DNA of 64,000 nt from positions 96,001-160,000 of IMG/VR virus record IMGVR_UViG_3300009008_000005. One strand, 5' to 3'. The notes below the pieces were generated by a model, which was not told where the DNA came from, made no database searches, and saw nothing but the letters and a program-made list of their open reading frames with translations. Positions 42,400 to 52,406 of this stretch are shown piece after piece. Origin of the DNA: a virus. Within the stretch, counting starts at the first letter, position 1, and each line of letters starts with the position of its first letter. The translations under genes were made by a program, and so were the position numbers.

Positions 42400-42813
42400 A
42401 TGTCAGCGTATCTAACTTGTGTGGCCGTGTACGAGAAGCCCGAGCTTATCGAAGAGGCCCTGAAAATGTTGGGTCTTCGTCCCCAGACTGGGACGGGTCT
42501 CACCCTCACCGGGGGCGACCGGGCCGTGCAGAACGCATCTATCAAGGTGGACAAGTCTCAGTATGGCGGTACTGCAGACCTCGGGTTCGTGAAGAAGAAT
42601 GCCGAGTACGAGATGTTCATGTACAACGGGGACAGCGGGAAGATCGCAGCGAAGTCCAGCAGCATCAAGCGGGGCACTGCCTTCAACACCGCCTTCCGTC
42701 AGGCGTACACGATGACGCAGCTCACGGCCAATGCCAGACTGAAGGGTATTCGTATCCAGAAGCAGGCTAACCAAGTGTTTGGCCAGCCCGTCAAGATGAC
42801 AGCGTTCGCCTAG
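42400..42813 (+). CDS. DUF1257-like protein
   Basis: MSAY...LIEEALKMLG...DLGF...FRQAYT pattern; AGGAGG SD. Confidence 0.65.
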   Translation: MSAYLTCVAVYEKPELIEEALKMLGLRPQTGTGLTLTGGDRAVQNASIKVDKSQYGGTADLGFVKKNAEYEMFMYNGDSGKIAAKSSSIKRGTAFNTAFRQAYTMTQLTANARLKGIRIQKQANQVFGQPVKMTAFA

Positions 42814-43637
42814 GACGTTACCGGCTGCTGCTGCACTGAAGACTGGTCCATGAACTCCTTCTGAGTGAAGAGTCCCTTCAGCAGGGAAACACCATTCACA
42901 TTCACGGGGACGAGGTTTCCACAGATGATGGAAATCGTCTCCTGAATGATGAGGCCCTGTGAGTCCACAGCCATGGTGTGGGTAGGAATGTGGCACTGCT
43001 CAAGGTAGTACCCTGCCACATTGTTGTCCTCGTTGTCCCTCATGAGGAAGAACAGACCCGTAGGCATCTTGAAGAGATCGGACGCCAGGTTGATCCAGAC
43101 GTTCTCGTACCCGGGTGGGATCCGAACTTCCGGCATACCGGAAGAGAGCTTCGTGCTCTGGATTCCACTTCGAGATTCAATCTGGGTACCGCTCTGGTCG
43201 TTCGTCACGAAGGGCTTCAGGTAGTCGGGTAGGTCCGTCATGGTCCCAAAGACCTGATGGACAGGCTCGACGCCTGAGGTACCTACGGAGTCGTTGTACC
43301 AGCTGTACATGAGGCGCAGGAGGGAGGGGCCGTGATAGACGATTCGTCCGAGGGAGACCTGACGGACAGTCCTCCCACGGAAGAAGTAAGGCCTCTCGCC
43401 TCCGATCTCATGGATCTGCTGGACGGCGGAGTTCTGAGAGATAGCGAAGTTCTGCGCCAGACCGATAGGGTACAGGACCTCGGTATTTTCATTACCTCCA
43501 CCGGCCATCAGGTCGATGATGGATGAAAGGTAGGGAGGGCCTGCGCAGATTAGAGTGTTTCTACCTGAGAGGTAGTTGTACTCCCGCAGTCCCCCCTGGA
43601 CGTGTTTGTTGAAGGGATCCCAACTTTGGACGGGCAT
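42810..43637 (-). CDS. tail tube protein
   Basis: Downstream of the sheath; IGLAQNFAISQ..VQQIHEIG.ERPYFF pattern. Confidence 0.7.
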   Translation of the reverse strand: MPVQSWDPFNKHVQGGLREYNYLSGRNTLICAGPPYLSSIIDLMAGGGNENTEVLYPIGLAQNFAISQNSAVQQIHEIGGERPYFFRGRTVRQVSLGRIVYHGPSLLRLMYSWYNDSVGTSGVEPVHQVFGTMTDLPDYLKPFVTNDQSGTQIESRSGIQSTKLSSGMPEVRIPPGYENVWINLASDLFKMPTGLFFLMRDNEDNNVAGYYLEQCHIPTHTMAVDSQGLIIQETISIICGNLVPVNVNGVSLLKGLFTQKEFMDQSSVQQQPVTS

Positions 43638-43672
43638 TCTATTTACCTCCTAAGTAGACACACTAACCTATT

Positions 43673-44530
43673 CTACAGCACTACGATGGGATCATCCAAG
43701 AGCTGGTACTCAACAAAGATGGTCATCTTCCCGGCTGTAAGGTCTGCAACTGCAATGTCAATGGCGATAGGAGAGCCAGAGACGCCGTTGAGAACCATGT
43801 TTGCAGCCGTACCGTCGACTGCCGTGTCGTACGTGGTATCTTCCTCGAAGTTCTCCGCACCGGCACCACCTACAAGGGAAGGTGTCCACAGTGCACCACC
43901 CAGAAGGCCAATATCAATCGTAGCCCCACCGGGAACTGGATTCTCTACAATGGTCTCATCAACGTGGAAGTAGGCTCTGGTGACCATCGCCCTCGGGGGA
44001 ACCATCGCAGGAAGGATGATGAGACCAACGGTTCCACCGTGGAGGTCGAAGTCATAAGTCGCACGGGCAACGCTCTTGCCTACGTTCCCGTCAATGGACC
44101 CACCAGCCTCGGAGATCGGGATCCAGCCCATGAGGATCTCGAAGATTAGGACGTGGCCTGTGTTCCCATTGATGATGATTGCGCCCGGAGGGAGGAGGTC
44201 GAAGTCCCATGCTGCTTCGTCAGAATCCCAGGTAGCCAGGTATGCCCAGTAGTTCTCAAAGGCATCGCCAGCACCGGGACCTTGTTCCGTCCGTAGGGCC
44301 TCATCCCATACCAGCCACTGCTCACCATCCGCAGGGGCAACGATGGTGTCTGCGTCGACTGTCGCACCGGCTACGGTGACCAGCTCCAGGTTCTGGGTCT
44401 CCATGTCGGCCTGAACGGCGAGGAAGGCAGTCTCTACGTCTGCACGCAGGAATTTACCTACCCGGTCGGCCTGCTCAAGGTGAGGGTACTTCGCTTTCAA
44501 GTGCCCAAAGTAGTCGCTGTAATCAGACAT
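43673..44530 (-). CDS. virion structural protein (DUF2793-like middle region, beta-rich C-terminus)
   Basis: APADGEQWLVWD...AYLATWD...WDF..LPPG; position between sheath and tube. Confidence 0.55.
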   Translation of the reverse strand: MSDYSDYFGHLKAKYPHLEQADRVGKFLRADVETAFLAVQADMETQNLELVTVAGATVDADTIVAPADGEQWLVWDEALRTEQGPGAGDAFENYWAYLATWDSDEAAWDFDLLPPGAIIINGNTGHVLIFEILMGWIPISEAGGSIDGNVGKSVARATYDFDLHGGTVGLIILPAMVPPRAMVTRAYFHVDETIVENPVPGGATIDIGLLGGALWTPSLVGGAGAENFEEDTTYDTAVDGTAANMVLNGVSGSPIAIDIAVADLTAGKMTIFVEYQLLDDPIVVL

Positions 44531-44540
44531 TAGTTCCTCC

Positions 44541-47500
44541 TTACACCACCAGTGTCACCCGGATTCTATTTGCCGGGTAGTAGGGTGTGATGTCCACTTC
44601 GATAAGAATCGTATCCGGGTTATCCGGATCGATAACGATGTTGACTACGGTCGCACGCTGGACGATGACTCCGCTGAAGCTGCTCACCAAGGTGTTGATA
44701 ATGGTAGACAGCAGCGCCATGAAGTTCGGCGTGATGTTGTAGCGACCAGCCAGACGGTTGATGTTCGTCCGGATGATCTTGGTCATGTAGTCCAGTACAC
44801 GGGTAATGGACAGCTCCCTCGTCTGGAGGGATGATACGTCCGTGGTCAGCTGGTGACGTACGAACACGGGACCGTCTGCGCTCTCCTGGATGAGCCACAT
44901 GACCCCGCCACCTGCGGCTAGATCCATGTTGGCTTCGGAGAACTGGTCCCAGGACCCGGAACAGGCTTCGATCCCGTACAGCACGGTCCCCGTGAAGGAC
45001 TGGTGCGGCGGGAGTGCAGATGCCTTACCTGCGAGGGCTGCGCATGCGTAGTATCCGTGAAGGACTACGTCCGTGCCTGAGTCGTTGTAAGTAACCTGGT
45101 CAGGCTGCACGAAGGCCATGCGGCGTGTTCCGTAGCGGCTGGCCATGTCAGAGATGGCCTCTGCTGCGTATTGCCGTCCAGTGGTCGTAGTGTAGGACAC
45201 TGATGCCTGGCGGACGAAGAGAGTAACCGTCTCGCCGTCGACATCCCACGTCGGGGAGTCCCCGTACCCAGGGAGGTCCTCGGAGAAGAAGGCATCATCG
45301 TTACCGTTCGTCGCAGGTCCCGACCCAGCGGAGAAGCCAGTGGTGCGGCACTTGAGGACGTTACCAGCAGCGATCTCCGATACGGAGTAGCGGAACCCGT
45401 CTCCGCTCCTCTCGATGTACAGGCCATCCGAGATGGCGCAAATACCGAAGGTCGGCACAGGGTTACCCAGAGCATCGGTCTTCCCGATAAGGGCGGCTGC
45501 GATGTTGAACCCTGTCGCCGGGTCGATAGCCAGGTCGAAAGTAAAGGTCGGGAGATTTACGACTGCGTCTACGCCCGTGTCCGTACCGACAGACGTAGGC
45601 TTCCTCTCCGTAGGCTGTGTCTGGCAGACGAAGCCGAGCCTCTCACTCCGGCCTGTCTCAGGATCTTCCATCGTCTCGATGTGGGTCTTGAGCGCATCAT
45701 GCACCGACCGATCAGCGGTCAGAGGTGCGATGGAGTACACATCGTTCGCCTCAAGGAGACCGAAGGCGTTGTTGTACGCAGAGGTAGTTCCCTGCGGCTG
45801 TGCAGTAGAGACCGCATCGACCGACAGCACCTTCACCTGCGTGTTGGGCGCATTGTTCATCGCAAGGTACGCACCCACAGTCAGGGGATTCCTGCTACTG
45901 ATGGTACCTAGAGTAGTCGTGATGTCGTCGGTCCCACCCAGGATAGTTACGCCACTACCCAGGGCAGACAGGTCACTACGGAGTGCGTCATATCCGCAGA
46001 CCATAGAGAAGCTTGGGTCGGATACCCACATCCCACCGTTGTCTCGACCAATACCAGACTTGATCGTGAACCTCTCCAGAGTAGACGAAAGTGTCAGCTC
46101 CGGAAGCGGACGACTGGCGATGAGGCCTGTAGACGTAGAGGTGAGGTTCTCGGCCTGGTAGTACCAGTATGCGATGGGCGTACCCATGGTACCGGCCTGT
46201 GCGTCCAGCTTCGTGATGGCGTTGGTGAGAGTACCCGTTCCCAGAACTCCTGCGGGGAATGCGTAGTTCTCGAAGGCCGTCACAACTCCCTGCTCCACGC
46301 CGCCATTGTAGAGTGTGTCCCCAACGGCTGTGGTGATGGGATCTCCGAAGTAGCAACCCTCATAGTCGAGATCAGAGGAGCTGTAGGACCCGACCATGAG
46401 CAGCTGGAGACCGTCGATCTCACGAAGCTCTATGGAGCAGTCCGAGCCTGCTGTCGTCGTAGCCAGGAGGGCATCATTCAGATCGAACCTGATGCAAGGA
46501 ATCGCCGCACCAGCAGCAGGTAGCGCTACGATCGTGTAGCTGCAACTTGTGCAGTCCGTAATGTTTGCCGTGATGTCGATGTTAGTCGCACCACCAACGG
46601 CTCCGATTGCGGAGAGGGCGTTCCAATTCGTCCCGCCGACTGTGTCGTAGACCCAGCACCGGAACTCACCGCCAGCGGTGACATCCATCGCCACGAAGTC
46701 CTTGGTCAGGTCGGTGAGTGTCGTGTTCGCACCAGCAGAAACGGCTGCGGTTCCGCTGCAGTACTCAACGCCGACCGTGGCACTCACAGGAGCCCAGGTG
46801 CTGGCGATGTTCACGCCTACCTGCGCATTGATGGATGCCGTAATATCCGCTGGCAAAGTGGCAGTGGGATCAATCGTTACGATCGTCTCTGCACCACCAT
46901 TGAGCCGGACACCGAACTGCTTATCTTGCAGATTCAGGACCTGCTGTGCGGTCATCATGGCCTGTCCCAGCACCCTTGGGTAGGCGGTATTGGTACCACC
47001 CAGGGTGTAGGTGTTGGTCATCGCCCCGCCGTAGTTATACGGGTCAGCTCCGAAGCTCAGGTTGTAAATCTGGCTATCGTGAACATCCGAGATGGTGTTC
47101 GTACCCGTGGCCCCGGAGTTCAGGTAACTCGCACCTGTACTGGAGGAAGCTCCTGGGTCCAGGTAGTTTGCCCAAGTCGTCTGGGCCTGGATGTTCGTGT
47201 CGAAGTCGTCGAGAGTATCCAGTCCTGTAGCAGCTGCAGCGTCCAGGATACGGTAGTGGCACTTCATGGCTACTTCGGCACCCACCAGGACTGCGTCGTC
47301 CAGGTGCGGCCATGAGGTCCAGGTATCGGTGATCAAGGTAACGATAGCTACCTTCACCGGACCAACGAGGTCGTCAACCAGCTCGTCCAGTGTGTCCAGG
47401 ACACCAGCACCGAGGTTTGCGTTGATGGTGATCACTGTACCGGCGTTTGTACCGTCCATGATGACCATGAACTCACCACCGCCGATAGTCGGCCACACAG

Positions 47501-48677
47501 TCGACCCTCCAGGAGGACAGGTGATCGTATCATTGGTACCTGGTCCGCCTGGATCGTGCTGGATGGTAATGTCGTCCGCACCAAGATGCGCCTCGAACTC
47601 GATGTAGGCGCTGTTACCCAGGGCACCCGGGAGGTACCCAATGTCGGACAGGTAGCTCGCACGCCAGTTCTGGAATCCGAAGGCCTCGAAGTGGTAGTAG
47701 TCATCTGCAGGTCCACCAGACAGCGGAATGTCAGCGAATGCGTGACGCCCGGTGTTGATGAACTTGTTCGTGGATGTTCCACCATCGGGGTTCCACGGGT
47801 AGAGGTAGTTGTTCTCCGGAACAGGATCCACACTGGGCTCCCCGCCCGTGTTGGCCACGGAGCAGAGCACACCATTGGGTCCGCTGACCGTACCAGTAAA
47901 GTCGTAGGCATTGAACATGGGAGCGATAAGCTCCGCCTTACCTACCTGGAGAGTCTCTGCAGACCAACCACCGCCAACGCCAATGTCGAACACTACCTCA
48001 ACACGACCCGCACGGGTGGCGTTGACGCAGGAGTCCTCGCTCAGGGCCACGAGAGACCCGTACTTGAGCAAGTACATGTCGATGTCATCTGCGTCGAACG
48101 TGAGGTAGCTCATCACGCCGTTCGGGTCGGGCAGATCCGTCCAGGCAGCAGACACGGTCCAGTTGTCGTAGGACCCTGCTCCGGAGTAGGTGATACCTTC
48201 ATAGATATCAATACCCAGATCCGCATGCGCCGAAGCGCCTGCAGGTAAGGTTACGACGATGGATACGCTGTCGCCCATCCCCACCGTACGAACCTCGATG
48301 TAGTTCGTTGCAGTCTTACTCCACAGGAGCTGGTCTGCAAACGACTCGTTCAAGCTCGTGATGATGGTATCGATGGGAAGGCTCCCGGGAGCGGTCCCGG
48401 GAAGCACAGCTTCCGTATCGTTTACACCGTTGGTCACCACATGGACATACAGTCCTGCTACGGGGAATGTTGTACCCGCTTCGTCTCCTTGGATCGACGC
48501 AGGGAGATTCATCACAGCGCTGGAGTTCAGCGCTCCGGAAGACCCAGTGGCCTCCAAAATCTCCTTGTGAGGACCAACAACACAAGCGTAAAAAGTAGGC
48601 CTGAAGATCGTAGGAGTGACATTCCGGATCTCCTGGATTACTTCGACTCCTGGCCTCGGGATTGAACCTGTCGACAT
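44541..48677 (-). CDS. contractile tail sheath protein with large insertion
   Basis: N-terminal PRPGVEVIQE; C-terminal VRHQLTTD...RELSITRVLDY...IEVDITPYYPANRIRVTL. Confidence 0.85.
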   Translation of the reverse strand: MSTGSIPRPGVEVIQEIRNVTPTIFRPTFYACVVGPHKEILEATGSSGALNSSAVMNLPASIQGDEAGTTFPVAGLYVHVVTNGVNDTEAVLPGTAPGSLPIDTIITSLNESFADQLLWSKTATNYIEVRTVGMGDSVSIVVTLPAGASAHADLGIDIYEGITYSGAGSYDNWTVSAAWTDLPDPNGVMSYLTFDADDIDMYLLKYGSLVALSEDSCVNATRAGRVEVVFDIGVGGGWSAETLQVGKAELIAPMFNAYDFTGTVSGPNGVLCSVANTGGEPSVDPVPENNYLYPWNPDGGTSTNKFINTGRHAFADIPLSGGPADDYYHFEAFGFQNWRASYLSDIGYLPGALGNSAYIEFEAHLGADDITIQHDPGGPGTNDTITCPPGGSTVWPTIGGGEFMVIMDGTNAGTVITINANLGAGVLDTLDELVDDLVGPVKVAIVTLITDTWTSWPHLDDAVLVGAEVAMKCHYRILDAAAATGLDTLDDFDTNIQAQTTWANYLDPGASSSTGASYLNSGATGTNTISDVHDSQIYNLSFGADPYNYGGAMTNTYTLGGTNTAYPRVLGQAMMTAQQVLNLQDKQFGVRLNGGAETIVTIDPTATLPADITASINAQVGVNIASTWAPVSATVGVEYCSGTAAVSAGANTTLTDLTKDFVAMDVTAGGEFRCWVYDTVGGTNWNALSAIGAVGGATNIDITANITDCTSCSYTIVALPAAGAAIPCIRFDLNDALLATTTAGSDCSIELREIDGLQLLMVGSYSSSDLDYEGCYFGDPITTAVGDTLYNGGVEQGVVTAFENYAFPAGVLGTGTLTNAITKLDAQAGTMGTPIAYWYYQAENLTSTSTGLIASRPLPELTLSSTLERFTIKSGIGRDNGGMWVSDPSFSMVCGYDALRSDLSALGSGVTILGGTDDITTTLGTISSRNPLTVGAYLAMNNAPNTQVKVLSVDAVSTAQPQGTTSAYNNAFGLLEANDVYSIAPLTADRSVHDALKTHIETMEDPETGRSERLGFVCQTQPTERKPTSVGTDTGVDAVVNLPTFTFDLAIDPATGFNIAAALIGKTDALGNPVPTFGICAISDGLYIERSGDGFRYSVSEIAAGNVLKCRTTGFSAGSGPATNGNDDAFFSEDLPGYGDSPTWDVDGETVTLFVRQASVSYTTTTGRQYAAEAISDMASRYGTRRMAFVQPDQVTYNDSGTDVVLHGYYACAALAGKASALPPHQSFTGTVLYGIEACSGSWDQFSEANMDLAAGGGVMWLIQESADGPVFVRHQLTTDVSSLQTRELSITRVLDYMTKIIRTNINRLAGRYNITPNFMALLSTIINTLVSSFSGVIVQRATVVNIVIDPDNPDTILIEVDITPYYPANRIRVTLVV

Positions 48678-48679
48678 GG

Positions 48680-49324
48680 TTATTCTCCTGTCCCCAGCAA
48701 CTCATCCATTTGCATTGTAATACGTCGGACCTGCCCGTGGAAAGTTTCAGACGTTTCTGCCTCTTCCAATGTATCCTGCTGGAAGTAAGGAACCTGGATA
48801 GGCACTAGCCTCCACGATGACAGCGGAGAGCCCTGAACTAGACTATTAGCGGATGTAGCCGTACCTAGAGTTAGATTCTGAACGATGCCACTGATGCCGT
48901 ACTTCTGGAGTACTTTCTCGAATACAGGGATTAGCCTATAAACGAAGTACGCAATAGCTCTCGCCTCGCCAGCCTCTTTTGCGATGCAGTTCAACCCCAA
49001 AGACACCGACGACATACCGACGTGGACTCTAGGGTTCTCAGTGACGAATCCTCCGTGGTCCATAATACCTGTGGAGGTCCAGTTACAGGGGCCCATGGAT
49101 ATCACAATCTGTGGTTGTGATGTGGGCGATTCCATCTGGTACGGACTCTCGTTCGTGATGTGTATCTCTGTCTCTGTAGGGTTATTCACCCATCGGTAGT
49201 TCCCTACAGGTCTGGCTGCGAACAGGGCTTTGATCCAAGCATCCCAGACTCGTGTGCTCTGGAAAATGGAGTCGTGCAGCTCTCCAGCAAAGGGGTCATA
49301 AGGTTTTATGAGGCTAGAAGTCAC
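48680..49324 (-). CDS. putative tail terminator/completion protein
   Basis: Position just upstream of the sheath. Confidence 0.45.
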   Translation of the reverse strand: MTSSLIKPYDPFAGELHDSIFQSTRVWDAWIKALFAARPVGNYRWVNNPTETEIHITNESPYQMESPTSQPQIVISMGPCNWTSTGIMDHGGFVTENPRVHVGMSSVSLGLNCIAKEAGEARAIAYFVYRLIPVFEKVLQKYGISGIVQNLTLGTATSANSLVQGSPLSSWRLVPIQVPYFQQDTLEEAETSETFHGQVRRITMQMDELLGTGE

Positions 49325-49776
49325 TTACCCACCCTATTCATCCGGTCAGCTTTACGCTTCAGATACACACCTAGGCCACCAGTACCAGCTCCTGCAGCTC
49401 CAACTCCTAGGGCAGCTAGGGCCCTGTACTTCGGAGGAAGTTTACTGGCCCTGTTCAGGGCATTTCCCCCTAAGATCTGAGCTAGTGCAGTTCCTGTGGC
49501 TCCGCCTGTGGCGGAGAGGATTGCAATCTCACCTGGAGAGAGCTTCCGCTTCTCCGCAGCGAGCTTCGGGTTCAATGTTTTCAGGGGAGGAGCCTGCACC
49601 TTCACCTGATTCTGCTGCTGAGGTTTCTGTGCAGGAGGAGCACCTGGGGAAGGGATGTTCGAGCTAGGATTCAAAGCAGGCCCAGCCTGAGGGTTGGGTT
49701 TATCCATGCGCACGGCCGGAGCGCCATAATTGGCCTCTTTGGTGAGCAGTGCGTGGAATAGCGTGTACTCGTTCAT
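49321..49776 (-). CDS. virion-module protein with Gly-rich hydrophobic segments
   Basis: AILSATGGATGTALAQILGG; ALAALGVGAAGAGTGGLG. Confidence 0.7.
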   Translation of the reverse strand: MNEYTLFHALLTKEANYGAPAVRMDKPNPQAGPALNPSSNIPSPGAPPAQKPQQQNQVKVQAPPLKTLNPKLAAEKRKLSPGEIAILSATGGATGTALAQILGGNALNRASKLPPKYRALAALGVGAAGAGTGGLGVYLKRKADRMNRVGK

Positions 49777-50675
49777 ACCTTGAAAATCCTCTGGGACATG
49801 TCCTCGTCAGGGACCTGTTCCTCAGTCAAGTCTTGTGAATGAGTGTACTGCCTCTCCTCATAGGGTCGCAAATCTGCCATCTCGTCTGAGTCCAGCTCGA
49901 TCGGGATCTTGTAGACGACGTCGGTATTTGACGGCCTGTGGAGAGGGAATTCCTGCCTCACGAGCGCACGTGCCTTCTCTATACGACGGATGCCTTCTCC
50001 GATGAGCCAGCGGGTGTTATCGGCCTCCACCACGAGCCACCTATGAGCTACCTCTGGGAAGTTTGCCAGCTTCCCCTGCCCATTGACGTTCTCGATCTCG
50101 CCTAGATCCGCAGCCGTCGTGGACTGTGGAGGGGTCGTGATCTGCATCTTTACTTCTAGGGGCCGGTGATACCCACCCACGAAGGTAGTGTCGAAGCAGG
50201 TAAGGCATGTGGACCTACGCTTGATTCCTGTGGAACTGTCACTGCATACGGGGCACTTTTGCCCGAATGTCCTCACAGGGAAGACCCACACGGTCCGTCC
50301 GTTCACTTCACGTAATCGGATCCGCTCGTTCCTCGCCATCTCCAAGGCCTGCAGATCAGGTTCGGCCCGTACGCATACACCCCTCCCGTTCTCGGGGAAG
50401 TACACAGGGTCGTCACCGCTTCCACGAAGCTGTACACGGATCCTGTAGTACCACTTGCGGAAGAAGGACTTCTGCCCTCGAAGCGTATTGTCCTTGAAGA
50501 GGTACCTGTCCGTGAAGGGCCCTACAAGGGTGTGGAACCCACTGAACTCTGCGTCACTCTTCTCTAGCCAGAAGTCGTACTTGAGGGGATCCTCAGTGGT
50601 GGGTTCGATATCCCATAGAACGTATAGGTGGTCCAGATCGAAGCTCCGTACCCTTATGTTCTGAACCTTCAACAT
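49773..50675 (-). CDS. putative neck/head-closure protein with Zn motif
   Basis: FN3-like N-terminus; CPVC...CLTCFDTTFVGGY; position. Confidence 0.55.
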   Translation of the reverse strand: MLKVQNIRVRSFDLDHLYVLWDIEPTTEDPLKYDFWLEKSDAEFSGFHTLVGPFTDRYLFKDNTLRGQKSFFRKWYYRIRVQLRGSGDDPVYFPENGRGVCVRAEPDLQALEMARNERIRLREVNGRTVWVFPVRTFGQKCPVCSDSSTGIKRRSTCLTCFDTTFVGGYHRPLEVKMQITTPPQSTTAADLGEIENVNGQGKLANFPEVAHRWLVVEADNTRWLIGEGIRRIEKARALVRQEFPLHRPSNTDVVYKIPIELDSDEMADLRPYEERQYTHSQDLTEEQVPDEDMSQRIFKV

Positions 50676-50681
50676 TCACTG

Positions 50682-51323
50682 CTATGCCCCGTAAGGACCT
50701 TGATCCCGACCCCCGAAGACCTTCTTAGCTCCATAGCCCACACCCAAAGTCCCAAGACCTGCGCCCATGGCGAGTTCAGGAGAAGCTTTACCTGCGGCCA
50801 TGAGTTTGTTTCCTAGGTGTCCACCTTGCTCACCAGCCTGTCTGAATGCGCCTCGGGCCTTGTCTAGCTCTCGCCCGAAGTTCCTCTTCAGGACTTCACG
50901 CCCCTTAGGCAGATTCTTTAGACCTCCCTCAGCAGCGCTACGGATCATAGGATTTTTGCTCTTCCTGAGCATTTCAATACTTTCTTGTGCACCCTTGCTC
51001 CCGGCCTGAGCTGCATCATGAACCTTAGCTGTGGCTCGTGCGCCCCCCACACTTGCAGGGGCCTTGATGAATTTCCGGTAGAGACCGCCTAGACCCTTCT
51101 TACCGAACTGATATGCGCCCTTCAGAGCAGCGACAATGGCTTCCTTGTGCATCTCGACCTCGGGATCTAACTTCCCAGAGGTCTTGATCATCTGGTGTGC
51201 CTCGATAAGCTCCGAGCGGGTCATTCCACCCACTACAGAAGCCACCTTCGTATTCTCTCGCACAGTAGATGCTGTCTCCTGATAGGAATCGGTCAAGAGT
51301 TTAGTTAGCTGGTCCATTATCAA
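50682..51323 (-). CDS. virion-module basic protein
   Basis: KVA/KEA motifs; Gly-rich C-terminal hydrophobic segment. Confidence 0.7.
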   Translation of the reverse strand: MIMDQLTKLLTDSYQETASTVRENTKVASVVGGMTRSELIEAHQMIKTSGKLDPEVEMHKEAIVAALKGAYQFGKKGLGGLYRKFIKAPASVGGARATAKVHDAAQAGSKGAQESIEMLRKSKNPMIRSAAEGGLKNLPKGREVLKRNFGRELDKARGAFRQAGEQGGHLGNKLMAAGKASPELAMGAGLGTLGVGYGAKKVFGGRDQGPYGA

Positions 51324-52045
51324 CCTCCACGCAGGGCTTTCATATCCACCTTAGGTAGTGGAGGAGCCTTGGCTGCTACGTCCTTCTTTAGCTCTGGGTA
51401 GGAAGTCTTACCTGGTCTAGGCAAAGATGGAGCCTTCACCTCAGGGGGCTTCCAAGGACCTTTCGGCTTTGCCGAATTGATACGCTGCTTCGAACTCTGC
51501 CCTACGACAGGTGCCATCTTCGACTTCGCCGGAGTCGCCTTGGTGGGCTTAGGGGAATTTACAGGCTTGTAGGAAGTAGGGGCCTTCGGCGGAGACACAG
51601 TCATCTTGGTCTTCAACTTCACTGCAGCAGCAGCCAGCTTGTCAGCGGCTGTCTTCATCTGCGGAGGTTGGGCTCCAGGATTTGGATTAGCCTGTGCCTG
51701 TGGAGGAGCAGGCTGAGGCCCAACAGCCTGTCCGGGGACGCCGGGTCCCTGGGGAGCAGCTTCTGGCCCGGGGGTAGAGGGCGGTGCTTGCTGCATGAAC
51801 AACTGTACTACGGGAGAAGACTCAAAACCTTCGATAGCTCCGTGTAGAAGCTGCTCTGGATCCTGCTGAGTTTGTGCCGTAGGGTTGTTCCCCTGGGGCG
51901 ACGGAGCGGCTGTGGTTGCAGGTGCAGCTTGGGGTGCTGCTGCAGCCGGGGCCTGAGCGTGCTTTACCTGCATGAAGCGGAAGGCCGCACCCACCTTATG
52001 TAGTGCCTCATCCTTTCGGAGTATTTCGGCGAAATATTCTTCCAT
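51320..52045 (-). CDS. Pro/Ala/Lys-rich virion-module protein
   Basis: GGGGGA SD; low complexity. Confidence 0.7.
   Translation of the reverse strand: MEEYFAEILRKDEALHKVGAAFRFMQVKHAQAPAAAAPQAAPATTAAPSPQGNNPTAQTQQDPEQLLHGAIEGFESSPVVQLFMQQAPPSTPGPEAAPQGPGVPGQAVGPQPAPPQAQANPNPGAQPPQMKTAADKLAAAAVKLKTKMTVSPPKAPTSYKPVNSPKPTKATPAKSKMAPVVGQSSKQRINSAKPKGPWKPPEVKAPSLPRPGKTSYPELKKDVAAKAPPLPKVDMKALRGG
52022..52036. repeat. TATTTC-N3-GAAATA palindrome near a start codon
   Basis: TATTTCGGCGAAATA covering codons 4-8 of 51320..52045. Confidence 0.8.
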
Positions 52046-52055
52046 AGTGTCCCCC

Positions 52056-52406
52056 CTACTTGATGTCCATATAGAGCAAGGTATCTGTGAGGATTACCGT
52101 AGCTGTAGGGGCAACCTCTCCTTCGTCTGTGGTGTAACGGATGCGAAGAAGGATAGGACAAGCTCCTGCATAGAAAAGTTGTCCGTCTGCTGCGAGGGTT
52201 GCTGCGGCTCCTGCGTAGTCTACCCCAACATCATAGAACGTAGTCCCATTTACGCTACCTTCTAGGACCAAAGTCCCATCTAGGTCGTCTGCTTGTACGC
52301 AGCATCTCCTGTACTGTTCGCTCTGCGGGATAGTCCAGCTATGCTCTGCTCCGTCTCCGTTGAGGGTTATCCTCTTACGGACCGGCCTGTTCAAGCTCTC
52401 TGCCAT
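52056..52406 (-). CDS. small beta-rich virion protein
   Basis: Position in the head/neck module. Confidence 0.65.
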   Translation of the reverse strand: MAESLNRPVRKRITLNGDGAEHSWTIPQSEQYRRCCVQADDLDGTLVLEGSVNGTTFYDVGVDYAGAAATLAADGQLFYAGACPILLRIRYTTDEGEVAPTATVILTDTLLYMDIK

